In this document: positions 20,066 to 29,010 of the stretch, piece by piece
How positions within the stretch are numbered: position 1 is the stretch's first letter
Layout: each line of letters opens with the position of its first letter
Sequence record: OQ721909
Length of the DNA: 64,000 nt
Reading direction: 5' to 3' (one strand)
Source: Escherichia phage vB_VIPECOOM01
The notes under the pieces: model-generated
What the model was told of the DNA's origin: nothing
The model's database searches: none
Seen by the model: only the letters and a program-made list of their open reading frames with translations
Position numbers and translations under genes: made by a program

Positions 20066-20090
20066 AAAAAGGGAGCCCGAAGGCTCCCTA
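20066..20090 (-). terminator. rho-independent terminator
   Basis: GGGAGCC-TTCG-GGCTCCC hairpin followed by TTTTT on minus strand. Confidence 0.7.
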
Positions 20091-21104
20091 TCATTTATAA
20101 TAACTTCGGTGGTTTTCAAGATAAACCTTCTCAAGGAAGTCATCCCAGAAACCCATGTCTACTTTTTGCTGCATACCGTTCTTAGAAGCTTCAATTGATG
20201 CTGCTTCTACTTGATCGACCACATCTTCCAAAAACTCTTGAACAGTTTTAAATGGATGCTTGCCCAGCTTCACGTCGAGAATAAATGGGGCATCTTGTAG
20301 TGGATAAACCAAGTCACCAGTTTTGTAAATTTCCAATAGTTGGAGTCCACCACGACAAGCATGACTCAGAGCTTTCCAGTCAATGCCCTCATTCGCTTCA
20401 GCCTTACGAGCACGTTCACCATATTCAGCATCAAGTTTATTCAGAGATTGCTTAAGCTCAATAAGAGAAAGTGTAGTCTGATATTTACGACCCAACACAG
20501 TATAGAACGTTTGCGGTCCCGTTTTCTCATGATTATGGAACACCCATTCACAGAATTCATTTTCTGGAAGACGATGCTTAATATCTTCAACTTTAGTGCG
20601 ACGTTGCTTAATGGAACCGTCTTCTTGATAATCAACCCACTGATCGGGGATTTGATTAACTACTTTCAATACATCACGCAATGCGGCCAAACGAGAACCC
20701 TTAACACCATATTTAGAAGCTTGCTTGCGGACATATCCTAAATAGGATTTCATGTTAGTTGTATAAAATCGTGAACGATTGTCTTGAATAAACTTCCATA
20801 CATCAGGCAAATCAGATTTAACTACTAGTTCAGGTGGAGTGTGAAGCATATCCAATGCTACAGTTTCACCATCTGCTGCTAATTTAAAGAAATACTTAAG
20901 ACTGTATAGTTCATGGTCAATATCATCTTTAGTGTTTTTAGATGATGTGTTGTTAGTGTTTTTACTCATATGCTCTTTAACATTTCCGATAAGAATATCG
21001 CGAGCAGGAGGAACAAAGATTTCTTTAAAATCTACATCAGATTCTGGAGTAGAAGTTCCATAAAGATGACTACCAAAATAGCTTTTCATTACTGTTTTCA
21101 TCAT
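20091..21104 (-). CDS. Pol-beta-superfamily nucleotidyltransferase-like protein (nrdC.11-like)
   Basis: 337 aa; N-terminal GS-x11-DVD motif; followed by terminator hairpin. Confidence 0.55.
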   Translation of the reverse strand: MMKTVMKSYFGSHLYGTSTPESDVDFKEIFVPPARDILIGNVKEHMSKNTNNTSSKNTKDDIDHELYSLKYFFKLAADGETVALDMLHTPPELVVKSDLPDVWKFIQDNRSRFYTTNMKSYLGYVRKQASKYGVKGSRLAALRDVLKVVNQIPDQWVDYQEDGSIKQRRTKVEDIKHRLPENEFCEWVFHNHEKTGPQTFYTVLGRKYQTTLSLIELKQSLNKLDAEYGERARKAEANEGIDWKALSHACRGGLQLLEIYKTGDLVYPLQDAPFILDVKLGKHPFKTVQEFLEDVVDQVEAASIEASKNGMQQKVDMGFWDDFLEKVYLENHRSYYK

Positions 21105-21562
21105 TCAGCCTTATATTCAATAACAGGACACACTTTAGCTTTACGGGCTTTTAAAAATTCGACGATAATAGATTTCTTTGGTTGAATAGGAGGTAAACCT
21201 TTATACGCCCTATCAATATTTTCTACATGTAAAGCATAATCCTTTTTCCATTTATAATCTTTATATTTTTCATGCAGTTGTGCAGGAATAACAAATGAAC
21301 CAATAATAAGTAAAACAAGCAAAATGGCAAGTATAAATGCTGATGGAATAAGAGTCCATAAACTACCAAAAATAAGCCATTTCTGCATGATTTCTGCGCA
21401 GATGATAGTTAGACCTGCGAGTATAGTACATCCGAAAAAAGAAACGAAAAATGTAGGAATGGCAATAGACCAAAAATACGCGCATAGTGTCTTAGGTCGT
21501 TTCCATTCATCATTAAACATTTTGAATAATTTATAGTGCCAAGAGCTTTCATTAATAATCAT
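21101..21562 (-). CDS. hypothetical membrane protein
   Basis: 153 aa; three predicted transmembrane segments. Confidence 0.55.
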   Translation of the reverse strand: MIINESSWHYKLFKMFNDEWKRPKTLCAYFWSIAIPTFFVSFFGCTILAGLTIICAEIMQKWLIFGSLWTLIPSAFILAILLVLLIIGSFVIPAQLHEKYKDYKWKKDYALHVENIDRAYKGLPPIQPKKSIIVEFLKARKAKVCPVIEYKAE

Positions 21563-21564
21563 AA

Positions 21565-22086
21565 TTATCCTTTCATTGAAGGTGTAACAGTTGTTAAATA
21601 CTTAATCATAGCCTCAGCTTCTGATTTTGATAATGAAATTTCTCCATTGTTTTGACGAATAGAAATAAAATCCGGATGACGGTCACCACCAGCTTTTAAA
21701 ACACACATATAAGTATCAGTTTCATCTTCAATATTTGAAATGATTGAAGCAGTTCCACATGAATGTGGTTTTTGATAAATCAATGCAGCTTTTCTTCCAC
21801 CGTTTGATTGTTCATAAACTTTTAACACATCAAACAAATCGCTTCTTTTATCAATAGCTAAGATGTTGTTTTCATCTTCAATGTTAAATCCTTCGGATAC
21901 TTCATAAAGTGTCACCCACAAATCACCTATATCGATAGTAGCATTTCCTTTTCCACGACTTTCAAGAATATGACAAATTTTCTTGATTTCGTCATAACTC
22001 ATTTTAATAATATCATCTCCTTGAATAAGGAAGATGTCATTTTTAAATTCAACACGAATTAAACCACTTTCACTTGAAATAAACAT
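21565..22086 (-). CDS. hypothetical protein (tandem paralog A)
   Basis: 173 aa; C-terminal SKSEAEAMIKYLTTVTPSM shared with next ORF. Confidence 0.55.
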   Translation of the reverse strand: MFISSESGLIRVEFKNDIFLIQGDDIIKMSYDEIKKICHILESRGKGNATIDIGDLWVTLYEVSEGFNIEDENNILAIDKRSDLFDVLKVYEQSNGGRKAALIYQKPHSCGTASIISNIEDETDTYMCVLKAGGDRHPDFISIRQNNGEISLSKSEAEAMIKYLTTVTPSMKG

Positions 22087-22092
22087 ATTTCC

Positions 22093-22647
22093 TCACTTTG
22101 AAATCATAGTTGGAATGACAGAATCAAGATAAGTCTTTAGCGCAATAGCTTCGTCTTTGGTAAATGTGACAATATGTGATCGAAAATCGTCAATTTGGCG
22201 AATAGTTAAGACATCTCCCTCTTCATAACATTTTGATACATTTAAAAGAGTTTCATCATTCTGATTGCAAGCGTTAGTAATAATAGCATTGCAATTTTTG
22301 AGCCATTTTAAACTATGTTTTCTTTCATTAGAATAATAAAAATATTTAATCTTAGCTATAAAACTATCCCAATGGATAACTGATAAACACATTGACTCAC
22401 TGTTAATATTAAATCCTGGGCATGAAGAATAAAAATGAATTTTGTGCTCATCATTGATGCTTACTATTTTATCAGTATAAGGATATTCAATTTGGGTTAA
22501 ACGAATGATTTCACTGGGCGTAAAATATAGCATATCGTCTTCTTGCGTCAAACGATACATATTATTTACTTTTTCTATAGCCAATTCACCAAAAAGCGGA
22601 CTAACTTCTAATACTAATCGTTTCATATTAATCCTTTTTATTAGCAT
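22093..22647 (-). CDS. hypothetical protein (tandem paralog B)
   Basis: 184 aa; C-terminal TKDEAIALKTYLDSVIPTM. Confidence 0.55.
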   Translation of the reverse strand: MLIKRINMKRLVLEVSPLFGELAIEKVNNMYRLTQEDDMLYFTPSEIIRLTQIEYPYTDKIVSINDEHKIHFYSSCPGFNINSESMCLSVIHWDSFIAKIKYFYYSNERKHSLKWLKNCNAIITNACNQNDETLLNVSKCYEEGDVLTIRQIDDFRSHIVTFTKDEAIALKTYLDSVIPTMISK

Positions 22648-22906
22648 GAATTTGTTCTAAAATTTTAGAGTATTCCTTCGTATCAGATTTACGTACAATC
22701 GATACACTATAAGGCATACTATCAGTATCTTTTATAAAGCGTTCCAAATGACACTCTAACAAAATTTCTGGATTATAAATCGTGTACATCAAATTACCTG
22801 TTGCTCCACGATATTGGCAGATTTCTACTGATTGAGTATCATTCCATAATTTTGTTAAGACTAAATCACCTACTTCTAATTTCGGAAAGCTCACATTATT
22901 CACCAA
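22628..22906 (-). CDS. hypothetical protein
   Basis: 92 aa ORF. Confidence 0.5.
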   Translation of the reverse strand: MVNNVSFPKLEVGDLVLTKLWNDTQSVEICQYRGATGNLMYTIYNPEILLECHLERFIKDTDSMPYSVSIVRKSDTKEYSKILEQIHANKKD

Positions 22907-23081
22907 TTAAAGTTTCAATATAAGAATCAAGATTTACTTTAGCTTCTTCCATAAGAGTTTTGTATTTAATCTTGTTAGCATATCCAGAGAAAGCTGATTC
23001 ATCAATAACTGTTGATGTATGAACAGCTTTACTATACATCTCAATTAATTCTCTTAATTTAAAAGCCTGCTCACTTGTCAT
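22896..23081 (-). CDS. hypothetical protein
   Basis: 61 aa ORF. Confidence 0.5.
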   Translation of the reverse strand: MTSEQAFKLRELIEMYSKAVHTSTVIDESAFSGYANKIKYKTLMEEAKVNLDSYIETLIGE

Positions 23082-23185
23082 TACATGCTCCTTTGAATAA
23101 TATCAATAATATTGTTCACCAAATTATAAGTAAACATTGGGTAATTATATTGAATCATCACATACACAACAAACAAAATTTTCAT
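23081..23185 (-). CDS. candidate small hydrophobic peptide (34 aa)
   Basis: Not in ORF track (below 60 aa); AAGGAGAAGAGA-ATG RBS right after an early promoter; stop overlaps next start. Confidence 0.3.
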   Translation of the reverse strand: MKILFVVYVMIQYNYPMFTYNLVNNIIDIIQRSM

Positions 23186-23208
23186 TCTCTTCTCCTTGGC
23201 AGTTGACA

Positions 23209-23243
23209 AGATTACTATACCATAACCTTGCCAACTTGTAAAC
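23209..23243 (-). promoter_or_regulatory. early promoter
   Basis: GTTTAC -35, TGGTATAGTAAT -10 on minus strand. Confidence 0.55.
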
Positions 23244-23419
23244 CATTAAATGACGTTTTCAATAAAATTCTGAAGCTTTGTGTGAGCATCAACCATGATT
23301 TTCATTTCTTCCTTTGCGAAAGCTGTGCCTCTTTCCCGAGAAGAACACTCATAGTCAGAAACTGCATTAGCATATTCTTCAATTAGCTTCATTAAAAACA
23401 TCTGCTTTTCAGTTTTCAT
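23243..23419 (-). CDS. hypothetical protein (58 aa)
   Basis: Not in ORF track; fills an otherwise uncoded gap; start overlaps stop of upstream ORF. Confidence 0.35.
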
Positions 23420-23603
23420 TATTCCACCTAATCATTTCAAGATATTGAACTAACTTAGCTTTGGATTTATCCAAATCTCTTTTAGCTGCTTCTATACCGT
23501 CGTATGAATATCCTTCACAATGCTCAACTGCCAATTGGTATGAATCTATTTCAACATCACGTGCTAATTTAATGATTTTTTCAAACTGTTCACGTGTTAG
23601 CAT
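23409..23603 (-). CDS. hypothetical protein
   Basis: 64 aa ORF. Confidence 0.5.
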   Translation of the reverse strand: MLTREQFEKIIKLARDVEIDSYQLAVEHCEGYSYDGIEAAKRDLDKSKAKLVQYLEMIRWNNEN

Positions 23604-23605
23604 AC

Positions 23606-23845
23606 TTAAACTCTCGTATTATGATCGATAATTTCATCAAGAAACATATCTAAAGCTTCTACAGCATTATCAACTTTAGCTTCAAGTTCTTCAGCGCCTT
23701 TATTTGCAATGCCTGCCGAAAACCAAGCAAAGTCACTAAGTTCCTCGTCTGCTTTGCGAATTAAAGCTACCAATTCTTTAATTTTATCTGCTTGTTCAAT
23801 ACTAATCATTATTCCACCACATATGAAAGAGAGAATATTGCACAC
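23606..23845 (-). CDS. hypothetical protein
   Basis: 79 aa ORF. Confidence 0.5.
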   Translation of the reverse strand: MCNILSFICGGIMISIEQADKIKELVALIRKADEELSDFAWFSAGIANKGAEELEAKVDNAVEALDMFLDEIIDHNTRV

Positions 23846-23997
23846 GCCATATGAGTTGCAGCTTCATCACACATATCATAACGTTTCTTAAGAAGTTCTA
23901 CAAGTTCTTCACTAGTAACATCATCCATGTTGACGAAAAAATCACCATTAATGATGACGTAGATATTTCCTTCTTGATTAAGTGCTTCAATTTTCAT
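23809..23997 (-). CDS. hypothetical protein
   Basis: ORF-track ORF trimmed to Met with GAGGAG RBS (MKIEALNQ) downstream of early promoter. Confidence 0.45.
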   Translation of the reverse strand: MKIEALNQEGNIYVIINGDFFVNMDDVTSEELVELLKKRYDMCDEAATHMACAIFSLSYVVE

Positions 23998-24021
23998 GAT
24001 GTTCTCCTCTTTATCCGATGG

Positions 24022-24055
24022 TTGTATAGTATCACAGCTCAAATGGAAAGTAAAC
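24022..24055 (-). promoter_or_regulatory. early promoter
   Basis: GTTTAC -35, TGTGATACTATAC -10 on minus strand. Confidence 0.55.
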
Positions 24056-24065
24056 TGGTAAAATG

Positions 24066-24089
24066 AAAAAAGTCTCCCGAAGGAGACTA
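24066..24089 (-). terminator. rho-independent terminator
   Basis: GTCTCC-TTCG-GGAGAC hairpin followed by TTTTTT on minus strand. Confidence 0.7.
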
Positions 24090-24092
24090 ATG

Positions 24093-24479
24093 TTATTCGA
24101 GGGAAAGAAGATACTTACTCTGGTAAAACATTCCAGTAATATCATCTATCGTGCTTTGAATGGCTGGAGGCATTTCTTTGTAAATGCTGTTAGATTGGTC
24201 TAGTATACGATCAATCATTTTAATTGTGTCGGTCGGAAGTTTACTAGCATCTGGAATTGAAGGTGTGTATTTTCTACCAGAATACCCCAAATATTGCTCA
24301 CCAAATTTATCAATCAAATCTGGCAACTCAGAGAAAATAAAATCGTATGCTTTGTGTCTAGCATAACTTTTAGTTTCAAAATGTGCAGAATGAAAATAAG
24401 CTTGTGCAGCCATTAATAAACCTAAGTATTCATCTGCCTTTGAAGGTTTTCCACTTTGTGAAAAGTCGCTGAATTTCAT
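24093..24479 (-). CDS. hypothetical protein
   Basis: 128 aa ORF, followed by terminator. Confidence 0.55.
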   Translation of the reverse strand: MKFSDFSQSGKPSKADEYLGLLMAAQAYFHSAHFETKSYARHKAYDFIFSELPDLIDKFGEQYLGYSGRKYTPSIPDASKLPTDTIKMIDRILDQSNSIYKEMPPAIQSTIDDITGMFYQSKYLLSLE

Positions 24480-24769
24480 TCAGTCTCCAATTTAATGTTC
24501 ATAATTCTAGCGTATGATTGTGCCATCTCCGCGCCTCGCTCTATACATTCAAAATCGGAAGAGCACGGGTCATTTTTATAAGTCGTTCGCATAAAACTAT
24601 AGAACTGTTCAGATGATTCTACGCTTTTATTCTCAAAAAGCATATAAACGTGTCTAATACCAGATTCCATAAATTTATCAAAATGAGGATCGACATTCGC
24701 TTCAATCGGTGGAGATAAAGCAAACGCTAATCCTAGCATGGCAAATAGTGCCGTTGCTTTTAAGGCCAT
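24476..24769 (-). CDS. hypothetical secreted protein
   Basis: 97 aa; N-terminal signal-peptide-like hydrophobic stretch. Confidence 0.55.
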   Translation of the reverse strand: MALKATALFAMLGLAFALSPPIEANVDPHFDKFMESGIRHVYMLFENKSVESSEQFYSFMRTTYKNDPCSSDFECIERGAEMAQSYARIMNIKLETE

Positions 24770-24781
24770 AAAGGCCTCCTA

Positions 24782-24994
24782 TCATTTTTGTCCTGTATTT
24801 ACTTTATGCCGATGCACGGCCTTAACTTTATCAAGGTATTTTTCAAAATTTCGCAATCTAGTATAGTCTGCCGGAGATTGGTTGAGTGATACTTCTCGAC
24901 GCAAAGCTGAAATGATATTTCCAACTTCCCTACGAATTTCATCTAATTGAAGAACAGTAAGATTGCGAAGTTGCTTTTCAGTTAATTGTAGCAT
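24782..24994 (-). CDS. hypothetical protein
   Basis: 70 aa basic ORF. Confidence 0.5.
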
Positions 24995-25036
24995 ATATAC
25001 CCCTTTAGTTAGATAAACCTATTTATAACTTTTGCA

Positions 25037-25618
25037 CTAACCGAGCTTTTTAGTTAATTCATTCCAATGTTTTCTACACAAAGAAACATAAATTTCATCA
25101 CCAATACAGATTTGATTACCTTCTTTAACTGGTGTTCCATCTTCCATTAATCGAGCTGTCATAATAGCTTTTTTACCACAATGACAAACTGCTTTTAGTT
25201 CAATAAGTTTATCTGCAATCGCCAAAAGTTCTTTAGAACCTTCAAATAATTTTCCAGCGAAATCAGTCCTTAGTCCATAAGCCATAACAGGAACATTATA
25301 TGTATCAACAATTCGGCTTAATTGATGCACCTGTTCAGTTTTTAAAAACTGAGCTTCATCTACAAATACGCAATGAATATCTTTTTGTGCTTCAGCCCAT
25401 TTATAGAACTCAAAAATATCCATATCATCCGTAATAATATTCGCTTCCTGTTTAATTCCAATGCGAGAAACGACTTCACAGACAGAATCGCGAGTATCAA
25501 TAGCAGGCTTAAGAACTAATACACTCATTCCACGTTCTTTATAATTATGTGCAGCAGTCAAAAGAGAAGCAGATTTTCCAGCATTCATTGCTGCATAAGT
25601 AAAAATTAAACTCGCCAT
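25037..25618 (-). CDS. tk: Thymidine kinase
   Basis: 193 aa; P-loop NAGKSASLL; C-terminal zinc cysteines. Confidence 0.93.
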   Translation of the reverse strand: MASLIFTYAAMNAGKSASLLTAAHNYKERGMSVLVLKPAIDTRDSVCEVVSRIGIKQEANIITDDMDIFEFYKWAEAQKDIHCVFVDEAQFLKTEQVHQLSRIVDTYNVPVMAYGLRTDFAGKLFEGSKELLAIADKLIELKAVCHCGKKAIMTARLMEDGTPVKEGNQICIGDEIYVSLCRKHWNELTKKLG

Positions 25619-25627
25619 ATCACCTTC

Positions 25628-25813
25628 TTAAAGCGTATTCACATAAGCTATTAATTCGTTTTCTTTCTTATCAAACCGGTCAGCAAATTCTTCTTGCTGT
25701 TCGGGAGATAGCGGGCCGTATTCATCATAAAAGGTGTTTGCTTCTGCATGCTCATCTAGAAGTTCATGGATAAGCTCAAACAATTTATCTTTTTGTTCTT
25801 TACTCAGACTCAT
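25628..25813 (-). CDS. hypothetical acidic protein
   Basis: 61 aa ORF. Confidence 0.5.
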   Translation of the reverse strand: MSLSKEQKDKLFELIHELLDEHAEANTFYDEYGPLSPEQQEEFADRFDKKENELIAYVNTL

Positions 25814-25983
25814 ATATTAATTTCCAGGAGTTTTAAAATAATTCGCTTTTGCTTAAATATTTCCGTAGTTAAATGGTCAGTATCTTTTTGACCGATTCCA
25901 ATGGCAAAACCTTTATTAACAGCGAGTTCAATTAAATTATCAAGCTCACGTAACACTTCATATTGTAACTCAAAATTATTCAT
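25811..25983 (-). CDS. hypothetical protein (57 aa)
   Basis: Not in ORF track; stop overlaps next start; fills gap. Confidence 0.3.
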
Positions 25984-26207
25984 TTTGGTTTACCTTCTTT
26001 AACGAAATCAGGATAAGGATAAAATCCCGAATAAAATCCTTCGCCTTTATGATTGATGCATCCTTTATTAGAACAATAGCACCAATAATCGAAATCACAA
26101 GCCATTTCATCATTGCATAAAGCAAAAACAACTGGCCATTTACACTTTTCACAATGTGCATTTTTAAGAATACTAGTTTGGCTCATAACCATGTAACCTT
26201 TAAGCAA
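25980..26207 (-). CDS. hypothetical Cys-rich protein
   Basis: 75 aa with about 10 cysteines. Confidence 0.45.
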   Translation of the reverse strand: MLKGYMVMSQTSILKNAHCEKCKWPVVFALCNDEMACDFDYWCYCSNKGCINHKGEGFYSGFYPYPDFVKEGKPK

Positions 26208-26395
26208 TATTCTTCTACATGTTGTTTACGACCTTTCTTATCAATAAAGGTATATTCAACGAATGTTCCAATATAGTCTTTATCTACATCATGTGGACTA
26301 TTAATTGGGCATTTAGTACGGCAAATGCGTTCCCATTGACGAATAATTTCTGCTTTGTTTTTAGGGTCAAACGGATGCGGGTAATGTGCTTTCAT
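26183..26395 (-). CDS. hypothetical protein
   Basis: 70 aa ORF. Confidence 0.5.
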   Translation of the reverse strand: MKAHYPHPFDPKNKAEIIRQWERICRTKCPINSPHDVDKDYIGTFVEYTFIDKKGRKQHVEEYCLKVTWL

Positions 26396-26846
26396 AATCC
26401 ACCACTATTAAATCAATATCAGGAGTAAACATGTCGATTAATTTAGAAACCTTATCCCAATCACCGCCAGCAATACCACAACCTATGCGTGGAATGTAAA
26501 TTACTGGTTTAAACAAAAGGGTCTCTGCCTGTAGATTTAATTCTATCATGCAGTTTACTAAAGCACCATAATCAAGATTAGGACCTGGTTCGTATTGTGT
26601 ATACAGATTATAGCATATACCAAATCCCGCAGGACTATGTTTAAAAACAATAGACATATCGCCTAATTTATCACGAGAACCATATTCAGTAGTGGTTTTA
26701 TCTATTTCTAAAATTTTAGGATAGGCCCTTGCTAATTGACCTGCTACACCTGAACCCATAGTATGAAAACAATTGCACCCGTGCGCAATAATATTACCTT
26801 GAAGAAATAGGGCGACAATATCGCCCTTGATATATTTTACAATCAT
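26367..26846 (-). CDS. Macro-domain protein (putative ADP-ribose binding / hydrolase)
   Basis: 159 aa; GDIV...HGCNC...GSGVAGQ pattern typical of macro domains. Confidence 0.65.
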   Translation of the reverse strand: MIVKYIKGDIVALFLQGNIIAHGCNCFHTMGSGVAGQLARAYPKILEIDKTTTEYGSRDKLGDMSIVFKHSPAGFGICYNLYTQYEPGPNLDYGALVNCMIELNLQAETLLFKPVIYIPRIGCGIAGGDWDKVSKLIDMFTPDIDLIVVDYESTLPASV

Positions 26847-27184
26847 CTAGTACTCAATCCTCGATTATAAGAATCTACCAAACGGTCAACCATTGAATGA
26901 CAAGCGGCTTTATCTTTCTCCTCCGCAACTGAACATTCTAAGGTATTCCACTTTTTAGCATATCGTTTTAATAAAGTATCATTTTTGTATCTGCTTGATT
27001 TATCTCTTTCTCCGTCTTTATATGCATATATTAATTTCTGCGCAAATTCAGCTTGGCATGCTTTATTTTTCCCGCAATAATCCGCGGCAGTACGGTTTAC
27101 ATACTCTCTAATTTCAGTATATGATGTATTTGCTAACGCAGAAAATGAAATTAATCCTATACATAAAACCAAAATTTTAGTCAT
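26843..27184 (-). CDS. hypothetical secreted protein
   Basis: 113 aa; N-terminal signal peptide MTKILVLCIGLISFSALA. Confidence 0.55.
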   Translation of the reverse strand: MTKILVLCIGLISFSALANTSYTEIREYVNRTAADYCGKNKACQAEFAQKLIYAYKDGERDKSSRYKNDTLLKRYAKKWNTLECSVAEEKDKAACHSMVDRLVDSYNRGLSTR

Positions 27185-27722
27185 TTACTATTTCCAAAAG
27201 TTTATTATTTTTAAGGTAGTTAGCCTTTTCTAGGACTTCAGAAGCATATTTAGAACCTGCTTTAACATTCCATCCCGAATTATAAGAGGATATCGCCTTT
27301 CTTATATCGCCCTTATGTATATTTAACCAATAAGAAAGTTCAATGTACGCCCATGAAGCTGAATTGGACCGTTTATTCAACATTCTTTTTATTTCAGCAT
27401 CAGTCATATTATAACCAAGTTCCTTAACTCTTGCTCGCATAGTAGGCAAATAATTTTGGAACATTCCGTAGGCATGATGCTTTGGTTTAGATTTTAAATT
27501 AACTCCGGCAGAGCTTTCTTGCCATAAAATAGCAGCCATTATATGACCTAATCCGCTCTTGTGGATATTTTTATGTGTTTTATATTTTCCATCCTTAGAA
27601 AATTGTTCCCCGAATTGATACGCGTAACGCATGTTATCGAGTTGGACATTACTGAAAGTATGCTCGGAGCTATGTGCCATCATAGAAATGGCCAATAGAC
27701 CAGCGAGTAGTGCTTTTCTCAT
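27177..27722 (-). CDS. Periplasmic lytic-transglycosylase-like (SLT domain) protein
   Basis: 181 aa; signal peptide; WQESS, GMFQ and SYNSGW motifs resembling SLT E-S / GLMQ / AYNAG. Confidence 0.7.
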   Translation of the reverse strand: MRKALLAGLLAISMMAHSSEHTFSNVQLDNMRYAYQFGEQFSKDGKYKTHKNIHKSGLGHIMAAILWQESSAGVNLKSKPKHHAYGMFQNYLPTMRARVKELGYNMTDAEIKRMLNKRSNSASWAYIELSYWLNIHKGDIRKAISSYNSGWNVKAGSKYASEVLEKANYLKNNKLLEIVND

Positions 27723-27729
27723 GCTTACC

Positions 27730-28191
27730 TCATTGAGTTTTAATTACTGCTTTAGAAGCCTTTCCCGGTAAACGACGACTGTTGATAATTGCCATCCTGC
27801 ACTGAAGTGACGGGTCTTTGAACTTCGCATTAGGTTTACAAACTGTAAATCCAAGCCAAAGATTTCCATCAGTGATTTCTAAACGCCCAGGACGATATTC
27901 AACCCCATCAATAAAATCCTCGTCAATGTCAGGACGCGGAGGCATATTCAGGAATTCATTAACTTCTAAAACATGGTCTTTTATTTTATGGAATAATTCA
28001 AAAACATATGTCTCATCAATCTCCCGTTGAATTGCACGATCAAGAAGATGCTGAGAATATTTTAGATGAAACGATGAGACTCCTGCTGCTTTTGATGCCT
28101 CACGAATCTCATTGTTAATTTGACGAAACTCCGACTCAAAGTGACGACGGAGTTTATTTCGACGGATAAAAACTTCTGTGTTGATAGTCAT
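27730..28191 (-). CDS. regB: Endoribonuclease RegB
   Basis: 153 aa; near-identical to recalled T4 RegB. Confidence 0.93.
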   Translation of the reverse strand: MTINTEVFIRRNKLRRHFESEFRQINNEIREASKAAGVSSFHLKYSQHLLDRAIQREIDETYVFELFHKIKDHVLEVNEFLNMPPRPDIDEDFIDGVEYRPGRLEITDGNLWLGFTVCKPNAKFKDPSLQCRMAIINSRRLPGKASKAVIKTQ

Positions 28192-28217
28192 GTTATTCTC
28201 CTCTTAACTGATAGAAA

Positions 28218-28248
28218 AATTATACCACAGTCAAGAGGAAAAGTAAAC
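28218..28248 (-). promoter_or_regulatory. early promoter upstream of regB
   Basis: GTTTAC -35, TGGTATAAT -10 on minus strand. Confidence 0.6.
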
Positions 28249-28251
28249 AAG

Positions 28252-28572
28252 TTATTCTTTAAATCTAATCAATTTATTCATAGACTTTGTAACTTCTGCA
28301 CGAACCTCATGCAGGTTTTTAAGCTGTTCAAGACGCTGCTCATAGTAAGCAATTTCATCTTCTTCGAGACAGTCCTGTGAATCTTCTTTAAGATAACGCG
28401 CATAGTCCTGGAAAGCTTTACGGACTACTTCCTGGAAGTCATCAAGACTTTGAATTTTCTTAGGAGCAACAGATACACGACGAGGGGCAGTATAATACTC
28501 ATAACCAAACCCTGCGCTTAATTGAGCCATTAATATTTTTCCTCTGGTTGGAATACCGCGCGACAAGCCCAC
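28252..28572 (-). CDS. hypothetical protein
   Basis: 106 aa ORF; start may be internal Met at 28530. Confidence 0.5.
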   Translation of the reverse strand: MGLSRGIPTRGKILMAQLSAGFGYEYYTAPRRVSVAPKKIQSLDDFQEVVRKAFQDYARYLKEDSQDCLEEDEIAYYEQRLEQLKNLHEVRAEVTKSMNKLIRFKE

Positions 28573-28796
28573 ATACTAGCTTCTTTGAGTTTCGTTTTAG
28601 CAATAGTTAGCTGATCGAGGCTTTCAGCATAATTCTTTGCGAATTCGTAGTCTTCGCAATTATCTAGTGCTTCCCAGAATTCATCGTATAAAGCGTCAAA
28701 GATAAGTCCTAAACGAACTTCAGCATCTTTGATAGCATTCACTTTACCGATTTTCTCTTCAGTATGTGGCTTATAACCCTTAATATCTTCAATCAT
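28530..28796 (-). CDS. hypothetical protein
   Basis: 88 aa ORF. Confidence 0.5.
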   Translation of the reverse strand: MIEDIKGYKPHTEEKIGKVNAIKDAEVRLGLIFDALYDEFWEALDNCEDYEFAKNYAESLDQLTIAKTKLKEASMWACRAVFQPEEKY

Positions 28797-29010
28797 ATTT
28801 TACTTCCTCACCAGTACCCAAATCATATTCAACTAAACGAATAGGTTCATGAATGCCATATCCCTGAACAGAAATTTCTGTCGTAGGATAAATTCCACTA
28901 ATATCACCCATGTTCCATGCTTCATTAAATTGCTGTTCGCCTGAATTACTAAACCACTCGGCGAAAGCATTTAGCACATCTTTAGAACCTTCAATAATTA
29001 TCTTTGCCAT
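28789..29010 (-). CDS. hypothetical protein
   Basis: 73 aa ORF. Confidence 0.5.
   Translation of the reverse strand: MAKIIIEGSKDVLNAFAEWFSNSGEQQFNEAWNMGDISGIYPTTEISVQGYGIHEPIRLVEYDLGTGEEVKYD

Noticed and set aside
20340-20741. 133 aa plus-strand ORF
   Set aside because: Entirely antisense to the nucleotidyltransferase gene; no RBS or promoter context.
25976-26161. 61 aa minus-strand ORF
   Set aside because: Alternative frame overlapping the Cys-rich ORF 25980..26207.
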